Source of the DNA: an uncultured Gammaproteobacteria bacterium
GTDB taxonomy: Bacteria > Patescibacteriota > Microgenomatia > CAZETR01 > Amesbacteraceae
Assembly (NCBI GenBank): GCA_964356705.1
Contig: CAYHIN010000002.1
Coordinates: 1 to 39,305, forward strand
Direction of reading: 5' to 3'
Length of the DNA: 39,305 nt
Shown piece after piece: positions 24,669 through 33,774 of this stretch. The notes beneath the pieces are model-generated. The model made no database searches. It was not told the DNA's origin and saw only the letters and a program-made list of their open reading frames with translations. Position 1 is the stretch's first letter. Each line of letters starts with the position of its first letter. A program made the translations under genes and the position numbers.

Positions 24669-26167
24669 TCTTTGCCATTTGGCTCATGTTTTCCACCCTC
24701 TCTTACGTGAATGGCGAATTCCGCGTCTCATCAAAAGTTTGGAGTGACTTTGGCGCCGCCATCCCCCTCATGCGCTCCTTCTCCCAAGGGCAAAATTGGC
24801 CTCCAGAGCACCCGCTCTTCCCCGGCGAACCCATTAGATATCACTATTTGTTTTACCTAGGCGCAGGCCTGCTTGAGCGAGCGGGTCTCAGACCCGACCT
24901 CGCCCTAAATCTACTCAGCACAATTGGTTTTTTTGGCCTCATGACATTGGTTTACAAATTGGCCGGGCATCTCTTTGGCAAAAAAGCCTCCCTTATAGCC
25001 GTCGTATTTCTGATCTTCAATAGTTCATTCTCCTTCGTCGATTATTTTGCAGATCGGGGACTATCCCTCAAATCACTCATGGCTGTTCCTTTTCAGACCG
25101 AGTTTGCCTCCTTTTATCCCTGGAGGGAGTCAAAAGTCGCTGCATTCTGGAACCTAAATATCTATACCAACCAGCGCCATCTGGCCTTTTCATACGCCAT
25201 AGTTTTACTGATTATCTATATAAACTACGCTCGCCCCAGATATCTCTGGCTCACAGGTATATTGCTGGCAACTCTGGCTTCTCTAAACCAAGCCGCTTTA
25301 TTGATTGCCATAATTTATCTTTTTTTCCTATGTATCCAAAACAGGCACTTGTGGAAGACTTATTTATTCTCGGCTCTCTTAGGGCTGCCGTTTTTATACC
25401 CTTATTTATTTATGTCTCATGTTCCGCCCCAGATTTTATTTCATCCGGGGTTTATCACCCAAAACCCTCTTCGTTTCTGGTTATTCAATCTCGGTCTCCA
25501 CTTCTTTTTTATACCTATTGGTTTTCTTTTTGCCTCAAAAAAGATGTCCTCTCTCGTCTTTGGCACCATAGTCACATTTCTTCTCGCAAATCTCTACCAG
25601 TTCTCTCCCGATATGTTCAACAATCATAAGTTCATAAACTTTGCCGTCATTATAGGCTCCATGTTCACCGCAGGTCTCATCATAAAATTCAAGCCGGCAA
25701 TACGTTATACGTTATACATAATACTTATTTTGGGTGGTCTCTTTGATATCTTTCCTATTATCAACGACAGAAAAGTAATACTGTCCGACCGACACACAAA
25801 CCCGGACATTCAGTTTTACAGTACTCTTCCTCGAAAATCAGTCGTCCTCAACAGCACCTGGTTTTATCACCCAGCCAGTATCGCCGGACTGCCAATTTTT
25901 AACGGCTACTCTTACTTTACTTGGTCATATGGCTACGACCAAAGACAAAGGGAGAAAGAGGCGATGACTATATATGCCTCGCCCAACAAACCCACCGCTT
26001 GCTCATTATTGCTGGAAAACAACATCTCTTACGTCGAGCTCAATCCTCATCACGAAGGGTTCTTACAGCCAAACTACTCACTCTGGTCAAATGAATTTGC
26101 AAAAGTTTATACCAATCCTGAAACTGAAACGACAGTTTACTCCGTTGCAAAATCATGCACAAGTTAA
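24644..26167 (+). CDS. Multi-pass membrane protein, GT-C glycosyltransferase-like
   Basis: 507-aa ORF with 10 or more TM helices. A conserved loop PGEPIRYHYLFY is followed by a C-terminal soluble domain. The GTG start overlaps the divergent DUF2298 ORF. Confidence 0.6.
   Translation: MKKYLAFSIFAIWLMFSTLSYVNGEFRVSSKVWSDFGAAIPLMRSFSQGQNWPPEHPLFPGEPIRYHYLFYLGAGLLERAGLRPDLALNLLSTIGFFGLMTLVYKLAGHLFGKKASLIAVVFLIFNSSFSFVDYFADRGLSLKSLMAVPFQTEFASFYPWRESKVAAFWNLNIYTNQRHLAFSYAIVLLIIYINYARPRYLWLTGILLATLASLNQAALLIAIIYLFFLCIQNRHLWKTYLFSALLGLPFLYPYLFMSHVPPQILFHPGFITQNPLRFWLFNLGLHFFFIPIGFLFASKKMSSLVFGTIVTFLLANLYQFSPDMFNNHKFINFAVIIGSMFTAGLIIKFKPAIRYTLYIILILGGLFDIFPIINDRKVILSDRHTNPDIQFYSTLPRKSVVLNSTWFYHPASIAGLPIFNGYSYFTWSYGYDQRQREKEAMTIYASPNKPTACSLLLENNISYVELNPHHEGFLQPNYSLWSNEFAKVYTNPETETTVYSVAKSCTS
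25700..25727. repeat. Heptamer-phased cassette ATACGTT/ATACGTT/ATACATA/ATACTTA
   Basis: Direct reading. This is a weaker case because it rests on a single exact 7-nt duplication. Confidence 0.55.
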
Positions 26168-27831
26168 AAAATCACATCCCAATTATTCTTGTTCTTTTAA
26201 TTGGCTTTATGCTGCGTATTGTTGGTCTGAATTGGGACCAGGGTTATCATCTCCATCCCGACGAACGATTTTTGACTATGGTCGCCCTAGACATTCAGTG
26301 GCCACAATCAATCAGTCAATATTTTGACACTAGTATTTCTCCCCTCAATCCTCACAACAAAAGTTTTGACTTCTTTGTATACGGCCTCTGGCCGGTTTTG
26401 TTGGTCAAAGCAGTGTCTCAAGCCATTATGCTGCATGACTACTCCAGTCTAAATCTAGTCGGACGGGTTTTGTCGGCGATTGTAGATACCGCAACGGTAC
26501 TTGTTATTTACAAGACAGTCCTATATCTCGCTCGTCGCCGTCTATCGGCTTTTCTCGCCTCTGCGACATACTCGCTCTTTGTTCTGCCTCTCCAGCTATC
26601 ACACTATTTTGCCACCGACCCGTATCTCAATTTCTGCCTGGCCCTCACTCTTTATTTGTTGACGATTTTTCTCTCCGTGACGAGACCCTGGCGCCAGGCT
26701 ATCCTTATTGGCCTTACTTTTGGTCTGGCTGTCTCGGCAAAAGTTTCGGCAGTTTTGTTTGCCCCCATTATCGTCTTGGGTTTCGTGATCCATCTCTTTC
26801 GTTTCCGCGCACTCCGCCCACTTTTTTTCTCAGGTCTCATCATGTCAGTTGTGATTTTTGTCACCCTCCATCTTTTTTACCCTTATTTATTTTCTGGATT
26901 TTTTACTCCAAATCCCAAGCTATTGGCAAACTGGCAACAGCTAAAGTTTCTCGAGGTCCCCAGCCCGCATTTCCCTCCCTCCGTTCAGTGGGCAGACACC
27001 CAAAAATTTATTTTTCCTCTGCTCAACCTCTTTTTTGTAGGTCTCGGTCCGGTCTGGTCTCTAGTATTCGTAGCAGCTATAATTAGTCAAAAGTGGATCA
27101 GGAACTCCGGCCTGTGGCTAGTTCTTACATGGACACTCTTGCTCTTTTTGCTCCAGGGCTCCCAAGCCATCAAGCCCCTACGCTACCTACTCCCCATCTT
27201 TCCCGGTCTGGCTATCATGATCGGTTTCTACTTGGGCCATCTCCCCAAGCGAGTGATATTGTTCACTCTTCTTATAGGGTCAGTTTGGGGACTGGGATTC
27301 TTATCAGTGTATACACATCCCCATCCTCGGGTTGCCGCGTCCGAATGGATGTACAAAAATATTCCCGCCGGGACCACCATCTCGTGTGATCTTTGGGACG
27401 ATTGCCTCCCTCTCTCAAACAGGAGTTATACTCTCATCGAGACTCGTCCCTTCGATCCCGACAGTACTCAGTATCTGTCCAAGCTTTCCCAGATCCAATA
27501 TCTGGCCATCTCCAGCAATCGCACCTACGGTAGTGTCACTCACAAGCCGGATTTTTATCCCCAGACCTCAGTCTTTTACACAGATTTATTCTCAAGTAAG
27601 GCTGGTTTCAAAAAAATCGCTGAATTCACATCTCGTCCCGGGTTCGCCATTCCAGGTATTCACTTCTGTTTTACTCCACCCATACTCGACTATGGCCGAG
27701 TCGCCGGCATCAGCTGCGACACTCCGGGTATCTGGTTAGTCGACGACTTCGTCGATGAATCATTCACCGTCTACGATCATCCAAGAGTAACTATTTTTGA
27801 GAAGACTTCCTCTTTAGAACCCAAAATATAG
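26155..27831 (+). CDS. GT-C fold glycosyltransferase (family 39/ArnT-like)
   Basis: 558-aa multi-pass protein. The first loop WDQGYHLHPDERF carries an acidic DE pair, as in PMT/ArnT-type enzymes. Confidence 0.65.
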   Translation: MHKLKNHIPIILVLLIGFMLRIVGLNWDQGYHLHPDERFLTMVALDIQWPQSISQYFDTSISPLNPHNKSFDFFVYGLWPVLLVKAVSQAIMLHDYSSLNLVGRVLSAIVDTATVLVIYKTVLYLARRRLSAFLASATYSLFVLPLQLSHYFATDPYLNFCLALTLYLLTIFLSVTRPWRQAILIGLTFGLAVSAKVSAVLFAPIIVLGFVIHLFRFRALRPLFFSGLIMSVVIFVTLHLFYPYLFSGFFTPNPKLLANWQQLKFLEVPSPHFPPSVQWADTQKFIFPLLNLFFVGLGPVWSLVFVAAIISQKWIRNSGLWLVLTWTLLLFLLQGSQAIKPLRYLLPIFPGLAIMIGFYLGHLPKRVILFTLLIGSVWGLGFLSVYTHPHPRVAASEWMYKNIPAGTTISCDLWDDCLPLSNRSYTLIETRPFDPDSTQYLSKLSQIQYLAISSNRTYGSVTHKPDFYPQTSVFYTDLFSSKAGFKKIAEFTSRPGFAIPGIHFCFTPPILDYGRVAGISCDTPGIWLVDDFVDESFTVYDHPRVTIFEKTSSLEPKI

Positions 27832-28579
27832 CCCCTGATTTTTCAGCTGACACTGGCGTATTCATGATTTTTATAAAATAGTCCAAGGGATACCATTTTG
27901 TGAGTGTTGGCCATAGCACCCATTTACCAAAAATGGTTCTGGTAATCAGGCTTGGTACAGATATGTAGTGAGCGATGTCCATTAGTCGGCAGGCAGCGGG
28001 GGACAGGTAACCAGTTTTTTGCACCACTTCAAATCCTGCTTTTTTAAATTTTTCTTCCCACTGCGCACTAGACAGCAAATTAAAATGTACCTGTTTCTTC
28101 TTCATCCAGGTTACATAGGCGTTTCCCAAAAGGACACTTCCTACCAGATTCTTCTCCCAAGAAGCGGTCATCACTGTTGTCACAAATCGTCCTCCAGGCT
28201 TAGTCACTCTCCCGGTTTCTCGTAAAACCTGATCGATGTTTGGAATATGTTCCAATACGCAGTTAGAAACCACAGTTCCAAAACTCTTATCGTCAAACGG
28301 CAATTTTTTTCCATCATATGTAACTATCTTTCCATAAGTACCATCTTGTACCTCGGATATCCGGCTATCTTCTACATCCACTCCGACATCCAGTTTTCCA
28401 AACGCAATCTTTGCAAAAAAACCGTCTCCACATCCCAAGTCCAAGATAGGTTTTCCAAATCTGGGTAATTGGGAAAATAGCAGTACCTCTCTCGCTCTGA
28501 TCAAGGCCAAAAACAGCGGTCGCTCACGTAAGTATTTCTGCAAATAGTCTTTCATAAGGAAAGTCAATCTTTTTAACAT
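27791..28579 (-). CDS. Class I SAM-dependent methyltransferase (type 11-like)
   Basis: Motif I is ILDLGCGDGFFA. It is followed by VGVDVE, SNCVLEHI and KPGGRF. The start may be 28555. Confidence 0.8.
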   Translation of the reverse strand: MLKRLTFLMKDYLQKYLRERPLFLALIRAREVLLFSQLPRFGKPILDLGCGDGFFAKIAFGKLDVGVDVEDSRISEVQDGTYGKIVTYDGKKLPFDDKSFGTVVSNCVLEHIPNIDQVLRETGRVTKPGGRFVTTVMTASWEKNLVGSVLLGNAYVTWMKKKQVHFNLLSSAQWEEKFKKAGFEVVQKTGYLSPAACRLMDIAHYISVPSLITRTIFGKWVLWPTLTKWYPLDYFIKIMNTPVSAEKSGAIFWVLKRKSSQK

Positions 28580-29588
28580 ATCTTTTTCTGTTCTTCAAAA
28601 TTTTCTTCACTGCGACAGCTATCGCTTCACTGTTTCGCGCCGGGATTATCTCGCCCATGCCAGTTGCGCTAACTGGCACACGCACTCCTGGTAAATCAGA
28701 GGCTGCGACTGGGACTCCACACAACATTGCTTCTACTTGGACAATCCCAAAAGCTTCAGTTGAATTCACAGAAGGCAGCACTAAAACATCGATCAATTTA
28801 TAAAAACCACCCATCTGATCTGGTTTTACCGTACCCAAAAACTTCACTCGATCTTTATATTTTTCCACCAGTTTCATTATTTGATCTTTATAATTTTGTT
28901 CTCCCACTGGGTCTAATGGCCCCGCAACTACTATCATGACGTTTCTATCCAAGTGTTCAAGTGCCTGGATCAGATACTCAAATCCTTTTTCGACAGCCAG
29001 TCTGGCCGCCATCCCGACCCATACCTGTCCTTTGGGCTTCTTCACATCCAGTGAGCCACTAGGTTGTGGAACAGGAGGATATACATACACCGTCTTATCC
29101 AAAAATCCCGCCAGGAGTTTACTCGCCTTCGCATAGTCCTCAGTGTAAACAATTATTTTTCTAGCCAGTCTCAAGGTCAGCCAGTTGGCTGCCTCTACGA
29201 CCCCCTGCACAATCTTGTTTGGATAATCTATTTCACAGTGATAGATGGCGACGATCTTTTTTCCAAGCAATTTCCCAAAAAAAGCTGGGACAAATCCTTC
29301 CACTTGGGGCAGATTTATTACTAAGACGTCGCATTCGCGGACTTGGACCCACGCTTTTATGACAAAATCAAAAGACAAAAAACCCTTACTTACTTTTACA
29401 TCTGGGCGGGCCCTAATTATTTTCACCTCATCCTGTATTTGTGTTTTGAGCAGATCACTCGTGTGCCTCATGCACAAGACTCTCACATCATGTCCTCGCA
29501 AGGTCAGTTCTTTTGCGACTCTATCTATATATACAGTTACACCAGAAACATAGGGCAAAAAATATGTATTAGAAAATAATATTTTCAT
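28524..29588 (-). CDS. GT-B glycosyltransferase, family 4-like
   Basis: EAFGIVQVEAMLCGVPVAASDLPG matches the E-x7-E region of GT4 enzymes. The N-terminus GVTVYIDRVAKEL is also typical. Confidence 0.85.
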   Translation of the reverse strand: MKILFSNTYFLPYVSGVTVYIDRVAKELTLRGHDVRVLCMRHTSDLLKTQIQDEVKIIRARPDVKVSKGFLSFDFVIKAWVQVRECDVLVINLPQVEGFVPAFFGKLLGKKIVAIYHCEIDYPNKIVQGVVEAANWLTLRLARKIIVYTEDYAKASKLLAGFLDKTVYVYPPVPQPSGSLDVKKPKGQVWVGMAARLAVEKGFEYLIQALEHLDRNVMIVVAGPLDPVGEQNYKDQIMKLVEKYKDRVKFLGTVKPDQMGGFYKLIDVLVLPSVNSTEAFGIVQVEAMLCGVPVAASDLPGVRVPVSATGMGEIIPARNSEAIAVAVKKILKNRKRYVKKIDFPYERLFAEILT

Positions 29589-30202
29589 CGCGATGCTAAT
29601 AACAGGCCCAAATCAGGCACGCCTTTTCGGGTTATCAATGTACATTTAAACCCCGCGTTTTCTAATTTGTTGTATAGATTGTTTACATCTCCAGCCCACG
29701 AGTGGTACTCCATTACTATCACTCTGATTCCCTTCAGTAGTTTGTTAGTAGCACTTCTTATGATATCAAATTCACAGCCCTCGCAGTCGATCTTCAACAC
29801 ATCAATTTTCGAACCAATCATCCTGGAGACAAGTTCAAGATTGGTTGCCGCCTCTTGCAGAGCAAATACGTTTTTTACACTGTTATTTTCGCAATTTTTT
29901 TTCAACAACAAAAATCTTTTGGTATCGGGTTCAAACGACCAAATTTTCGTCCACGGATGTTCAACCGCAGTCAGGATTGCAAAATCTCCCATACCTCCAC
30001 CGATATCCACTATCACCCGGTCCTTTTTTGATATTGATCCGATTAGCTTATGATATTCACGATCGATGATTATTTCCTTTATCTCTATTAAGTCTTCCAG
30101 TCTATCGAAAACAAATTTTATCTTCGGACCTTTCAAAAAGTATTTAGTCAGCGCCCACCCAGTCTGAAGATAGTAAGTTAGTCTACTGATTCTGAATTTC
30201 AT
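29585..30202 (-). CDS. FkbM-family methyltransferase
   Basis: The motifs VIVDIGGGMGDF and DVLKIDCEGCEFDI are present. Confidence 0.8.
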   Translation of the reverse strand: MKFRISRLTYYLQTGWALTKYFLKGPKIKFVFDRLEDLIEIKEIIIDREYHKLIGSISKKDRVIVDIGGGMGDFAILTAVEHPWTKIWSFEPDTKRFLLLKKNCENNSVKNVFALQEAATNLELVSRMIGSKIDVLKIDCEGCEFDIIRSATNKLLKGIRVIVMEYHSWAGDVNNLYNKLENAGFKCTLITRKGVPDLGLLLASR

Positions 30203-30746
30203 ATAACACAGATCTTAAGTATGGATAGCTTTCTGGGTCTTTAGGGTACAAATGTCTATCCAGTATGTTGTAAATCCAAAAGATTCTCACTTGGGTAGCT
30301 TTTCTCAAATGACTCACAATATCCAAATTGTCCTCTACAAAATAATCAAGCCCGAGCTTACTCACCATGCTCTCCTTAAACAAATGTGGCTGTTCATCCA
30401 AGTCGTTAGAATTAATAGAGGTAAAAATATTCGTAAGTCCATTTTTCTTCAGCCATTTGTCCAAATCGCCTCGCAAAAAACTATATCTAGCGGTAATCAG
30501 GTGAAACTCGTATTTTGGATTCTTGGCCATCTCCTTTAATAGCCCCACCCCATCTGCTGGAAATACACTCGATTCATGGAGGATTCTCCACAATCCCTTT
30601 TGCCAATCATTCTTGGGAACAAAAAACCTCGTCCCCCTTTTCTTTAATATCTTCCTTTTAAAAAAAGTAATCGGCGCTCTGATTACTCGAAATGGGTTGT
30701 ATGCCACTACTCCGTCAAAGTCCAAACCAATCTTTATCTTTTTCAC
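30183..30746 (-). CDS. HAD-like hydrolase-fold protein
   Basis: The N-terminus KIGLDFDGVV carries the DxDG motif. Other HAD motifs are weak. Confidence 0.5.
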   Translation of the reverse strand: MKKIKIGLDFDGVVAYNPFRVIRAPITFFKRKILKKRGTRFFVPKNDWQKGLWRILHESSVFPADGVGLLKEMAKNPKYEFHLITARYSFLRGDLDKWLKKNGLTNIFTSINSNDLDEQPHLFKESMVSKLGLDYFVEDNLDIVSHLRKATQVRIFWIYNILDRHLYPKDPESYPYLRSVLYEIQNQ

Positions 30747-30782
30747 AAGCCTAATTGTAGCTGATTTTGAGCATATCAGCCA

Positions 30783-32174
30783 TCACAAAGCCATCATTGC
30801 GACCCCACCCATCAAAAACGCTCCACCTACAGCCAGCACCAGCCAGATCCAGTCTCCATCTCCAGTTACCGGCAGATCAGAGCCTGGCAGTACAGCTTCG
30901 CCAGTCGGTATTGGTGTGCCAGTAGGTATCACGGTCACAGTCGGAGTAATGGTTGTTGTCACAGCGCTCGTGGGTGTTGGGAACGATGTTACCGTGGGAG
31001 AGAGGGTCCGCGTAGTTGGCGTGGGTATGGTGGTCGTTGTAGGACTGGCCGAGGGACTTGCTGTGAGTCCCAGCTCTCCATTGAGATCAGCGGCTAGTAC
31101 CACAAAGGATCTGGTGATTTTTTTCACCACCCCGTTTATTAGGGCTGTAATAGTAACCGTGTGTTCTCCGGGTTCCAGATCCGATGGAACCTCAAAAGAA
31201 AAGTTACCCTGAGCATCAGTAAACAGTGTAGTCTTAATTTGAGTCTCCGAATTGACCTCGATAGTTATCTCGGTGTTTGCTGGTGCCTTACCCACTATTT
31301 CTGGTCTGCGGGTTGATTCCTCACCGAACTTTGGAGCCAGTAATACCATAGTTTCTCCGACCTCACCCGAAAACTTTGACCCTCCCTCTTCGTCACTCGT
31401 ATCTGGGATCGGAGTTGCCGACGGGGTAGCCGTAGCTTGGTTATTATTCTCTCCCAGCACGATTAGTGTCAGTGGGGAGTCTTCATTTGTCGTCGTCGTG
31501 ACCACGGAAACTCCTCCCTGACCATCGAGGGCAGTCAGTTCCAAAACTCCAGACTCCTTGTCATATTGAACATAGTCGTCTAGATTAATGTTTCTTGTAG
31601 TAGACAAGGGAATTACCCACGACCCTGACGATTTTACTAATGCAGATCGGGGTGCGGCTCCCAACATAGATAGATATACCAACGCTCCATCAGCCGGATT
31701 TCCGGTTGCAGTGTTTGCCTGACCATAAGCCACATCGGCCATAGGCACGGTCGAAATTCTCGGGCCAGTTTTGACTTGGTAGCTGGTTTCTCCTGCTTGA
31801 CCAAACAAACCCTTACCAGATCCTATTTTAAAATTGTACTCGGTTTCAGCTACAAGGCCTTGAATATTTACGTAATGAGTAAAATAACTATCTATGCTTC
31901 CATTTCTCAAGTCTCTCTCATCTGAGACTACTAAGTCTGGAATTTCTTGTTCCAGACCATATTGCACAAAACCAGAAGTAGCCTTGGACGTTATCCAGGA
32001 TACAGTAAATCCCGTATCGCTCACGTTTGTAATCCTAACATCGGAGGGTATTTCGCCAACTGAGGCGGATGCCAATCCTCCCAGATTCGATTTCACCAAG
32101 ACAAGACCAGCCAACAGACCAGAAAAAGCAATTAGCACCCCCAAGATAGTTGGCAATCTAAATTCTCGCCTCAT
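30783..32174 (-). CDS. Cell-surface protein with a fibronectin-III/Ig-like region, Pro/Thr/Ser linkers and a C-terminal LPXTG-type sorting signal
   Basis: The N-terminal anchor is MRREFRLPTILGVLIAFSGLLAGLVLV. An FN3-like segment follows (VRITNVSDTGFTVSWIT). The C-terminus is LPVTG followed by a hydrophobic stretch, without the usual basic tail. Confidence 0.7.
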   Translation of the reverse strand: MRREFRLPTILGVLIAFSGLLAGLVLVKSNLGGLASASVGEIPSDVRITNVSDTGFTVSWITSKATSGFVQYGLEQEIPDLVVSDERDLRNGSIDSYFTHYVNIQGLVAETEYNFKIGSGKGLFGQAGETSYQVKTGPRISTVPMADVAYGQANTATGNPADGALVYLSMLGAAPRSALVKSSGSWVIPLSTTRNINLDDYVQYDKESGVLELTALDGQGGVSVVTTTTNEDSPLTLIVLGENNNQATATPSATPIPDTSDEEGGSKFSGEVGETMVLLAPKFGEESTRRPEIVGKAPANTEITIEVNSETQIKTTLFTDAQGNFSFEVPSDLEPGEHTVTITALINGVVKKITRSFVVLAADLNGELGLTASPSASPTTTTIPTPTTRTLSPTVTSFPTPTSAVTTTITPTVTVIPTGTPIPTGEAVLPGSDLPVTGDGDWIWLVLAVGGAFLMGGVAMMAL

Positions 32175-32374
32175 TTTTTTGTAGTCAAGATTTCTAACGT
32201 TTTTTTATCTAAGGAAGGATCAAGGGGGACCAGGTGTCTTTCTACCCCCTCGGGTAGTTTCGGGGTGTTATAAGCCCGGTATACTTCAAATCCTATCCAA
32301 CAACCTATTGTTATCAAAGTCAGCACCAAAAGCAAGATCGTATCACGACCCATCTTATTTTTTTTCATATGCAA
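32171..32374 (-). CDS. Small single-pass membrane protein in the pil operon
   Basis: 67-aa ORF with the TM helix ILLLVLTLITIGCWIGF. It overlaps both neighbouring genes. The start is uncertain. Confidence 0.45.
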   Translation of the reverse strand: MHMKKNKMGRDTILLLVLTLITIGCWIGFEVYRAYNTPKLPEGVERHLVPLDPSLDKKTLEILTTKK

Positions 32375-32960
32375 TAGCCCCTTTCACATTAGCACTTAGT
32401 TGACCCTCTTGGTTTCTACTCAAGCGCAGATCTGTAACGATAGTAATTCTCAAAAAATCCTCCAACCCCGTAACAAAACTTTCCACCTGATCATAATCTC
32501 CGCTGATAGAGATAGAAAAATTGGTTTTCACCACCTCTATTTTTTCTGGCTGAATCTGTCTTCCGAATACGGTGTTTCCCAGAGACAAAGACTCCACTAC
32601 AACCCCCGATTCTATAGACAGTTGTTGCACTGATTCCACCCATTGTGACACGTTCGGGGTATTGGGCAATGCCTGATTCAGCAAGGCCAGTCGCTCCTTC
32701 TCGGTCTCCATCAAATCAGACGCGACTTGTAAGTTCTGGATCTTTTTATTGAGCTGATTAGCAATCATTTTTTGCTCACGGATTTGTCCGAACAGTGATG
32801 CAACTGTGACAAGCGTCGGTCTTAAGGCAAAAGCAGAAAGAAATATCACCAAGATCAAGGACAAGATAAGAAATGCACTATCTCTTAGCCCGGGCTTTTC
32901 TTCCATCGTCTTCAGATATCTACGATACGCAGCCAAGTTGTCTTTGTGGTCAAACGCCAT
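32355..32960 (-). CDS. pilO: PilO-like type IV pilus assembly protein
   Basis: 201 aa with one TM helix (FLILSLILVIFLSAFAL), a coiled-coil segment and a C-terminal alpha/beta domain. It lies immediately downstream of pilN. Confidence 0.55.
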   Translation of the reverse strand: MAFDHKDNLAAYRRYLKTMEEKPGLRDSAFLILSLILVIFLSAFALRPTLVTVASLFGQIREQKMIANQLNKKIQNLQVASDLMETEKERLALLNQALPNTPNVSQWVESVQQLSIESGVVVESLSLGNTVFGRQIQPEKIEVVKTNFSISISGDYDQVESFVTGLEDFLRITIVTDLRLSRNQEGQLSANVKGAIAYEKK

Positions 32961-32961
32961 A

Positions 32962-33495
32962 CTATCTTTTTATACTCAAAGTAAATTTGACACCCACATC
33001 TTTGTCCCCTGAGATCTCGGTTACCTCCACAGACCTCCACCTGGGATTTTTTGCCAGATTCGCCAAAAATCCTCCGAGCTTTGTCTCGTCTCCCGCCTGT
33101 CCAGTGAGTGTGACTAGGCTCGGCACGATGCTCAGGCTTGATAGTGTTGTTCGGCCTCCATTGTCCGAGATCAGATTGTCCAAAATGACCTTTGTCTGCA
33201 TCTGGTCTCCTAAGAGTTTCCCCACGGTAACCACTCTACTTTGAGATGATCGGAAATCTTGTTCTAGTTGCTCATTCGCCTCTAGTATATTCACCTGACC
33301 CTGGATCTCGTCGGTCAGAAGGGACACGTCTCGATCTAACTTAAATCTCGAAAAAAAGGCTACAATCACGACCAGTTCGGTTAAAATAATGATATATCTC
33401 CCCGTACTGACCGCCCATTTCAACAATTTCCCCCCAAACGATTCCTCAAATTCCGATGGTTGCAGCAGATTAATCTCTTTTACCCGGGCAGGCAT
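32962..33495 (-). CDS. pilN: PilN-like type IV pilus assembly protein
   Basis: The N-terminal KEINLLQP corresponds to the INLLP PilM-binding motif. It is followed by a TM helix and a coiled coil. Confidence 0.7.
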   Translation of the reverse strand: MPARVKEINLLQPSEFEESFGGKLLKWAVSTGRYIIILTELVVIVAFFSRFKLDRDVSLLTDEIQGQVNILEANEQLEQDFRSSQSRVVTVGKLLGDQMQTKVILDNLISDNGGRTTLSSLSIVPSLVTLTGQAGDETKLGGFLANLAKNPRWRSVEVTEISGDKDVGVKFTLSIKR

Positions 33496-33513
33496 AAAAC
33501 CAGTATATCAACT

Positions 33514-33753
33514 TCACTTACCAGCTACCAGAGCCGAAAGTCTGGACTTGAGTCTCGAAGCTTTGTTTTTGTGGATGACACTTTTTTTAGCTGCTCGATC
33601 CAAAAGAGAAAAGGCCTTAGCGATCATCTCTTTAGTAGGTTTTTTTCGTGCAGAAACTAGAGCCTGTTTAAAAGCCGATCTCACTCTCACGTTCACTTTT
33701 TGCTTTTTTTTGTCTGCTCGCAGCTTGCGAATAGCCCCTGTCGTTATCGGCAT
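33514..33753 (-). CDS. rpsT: 30S ribosomal protein S20
   Basis: MPITTGAIRKLRADKKKQ...LDRAAKKSVIHKNKASRLKSRL is S20-like. ATG 33753 is preferred over 33762 because of the -10 element at 33763-33768. Confidence 0.85.
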   Translation of the reverse strand: MPITTGAIRKLRADKKKQKVNVRVRSAFKQALVSARKKPTKEMIAKAFSLLDRAAKKSVIHKNKASRLKSRLSALVAGK

Positions 33754-33761
33754 AGCCCGCA

Positions 33762-33768
33762 TATAATA
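33762..33768. promoter_or_regulatory. Shared, overlapping -10 elements for divergent rpsT and murJ
   Basis: On the plus strand TATAAT (33762-33767) is followed by 7 nt and the murJ ATG at 33775. On the minus strand TATTAT (33768-33763) is followed by 9 nt and the rpsT ATG at 33753. Confidence 0.45.
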
Positions 33769-33774
33769 TCACAG

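Noticed and set aside
30523-31212. 229-aa plus-strand ORF and many other 60-180-aa ORFs antisense to real genes (for example 164-379, 9509-10042, 14627-15091, 18408-18871, 23425-24159, 33389-33766)
   Set aside because: All of them lie inside stronger opposite-strand genes that carry clear family motifs. Their translations are low-complexity or biased by the partner's codons. They look like shadow ORFs.
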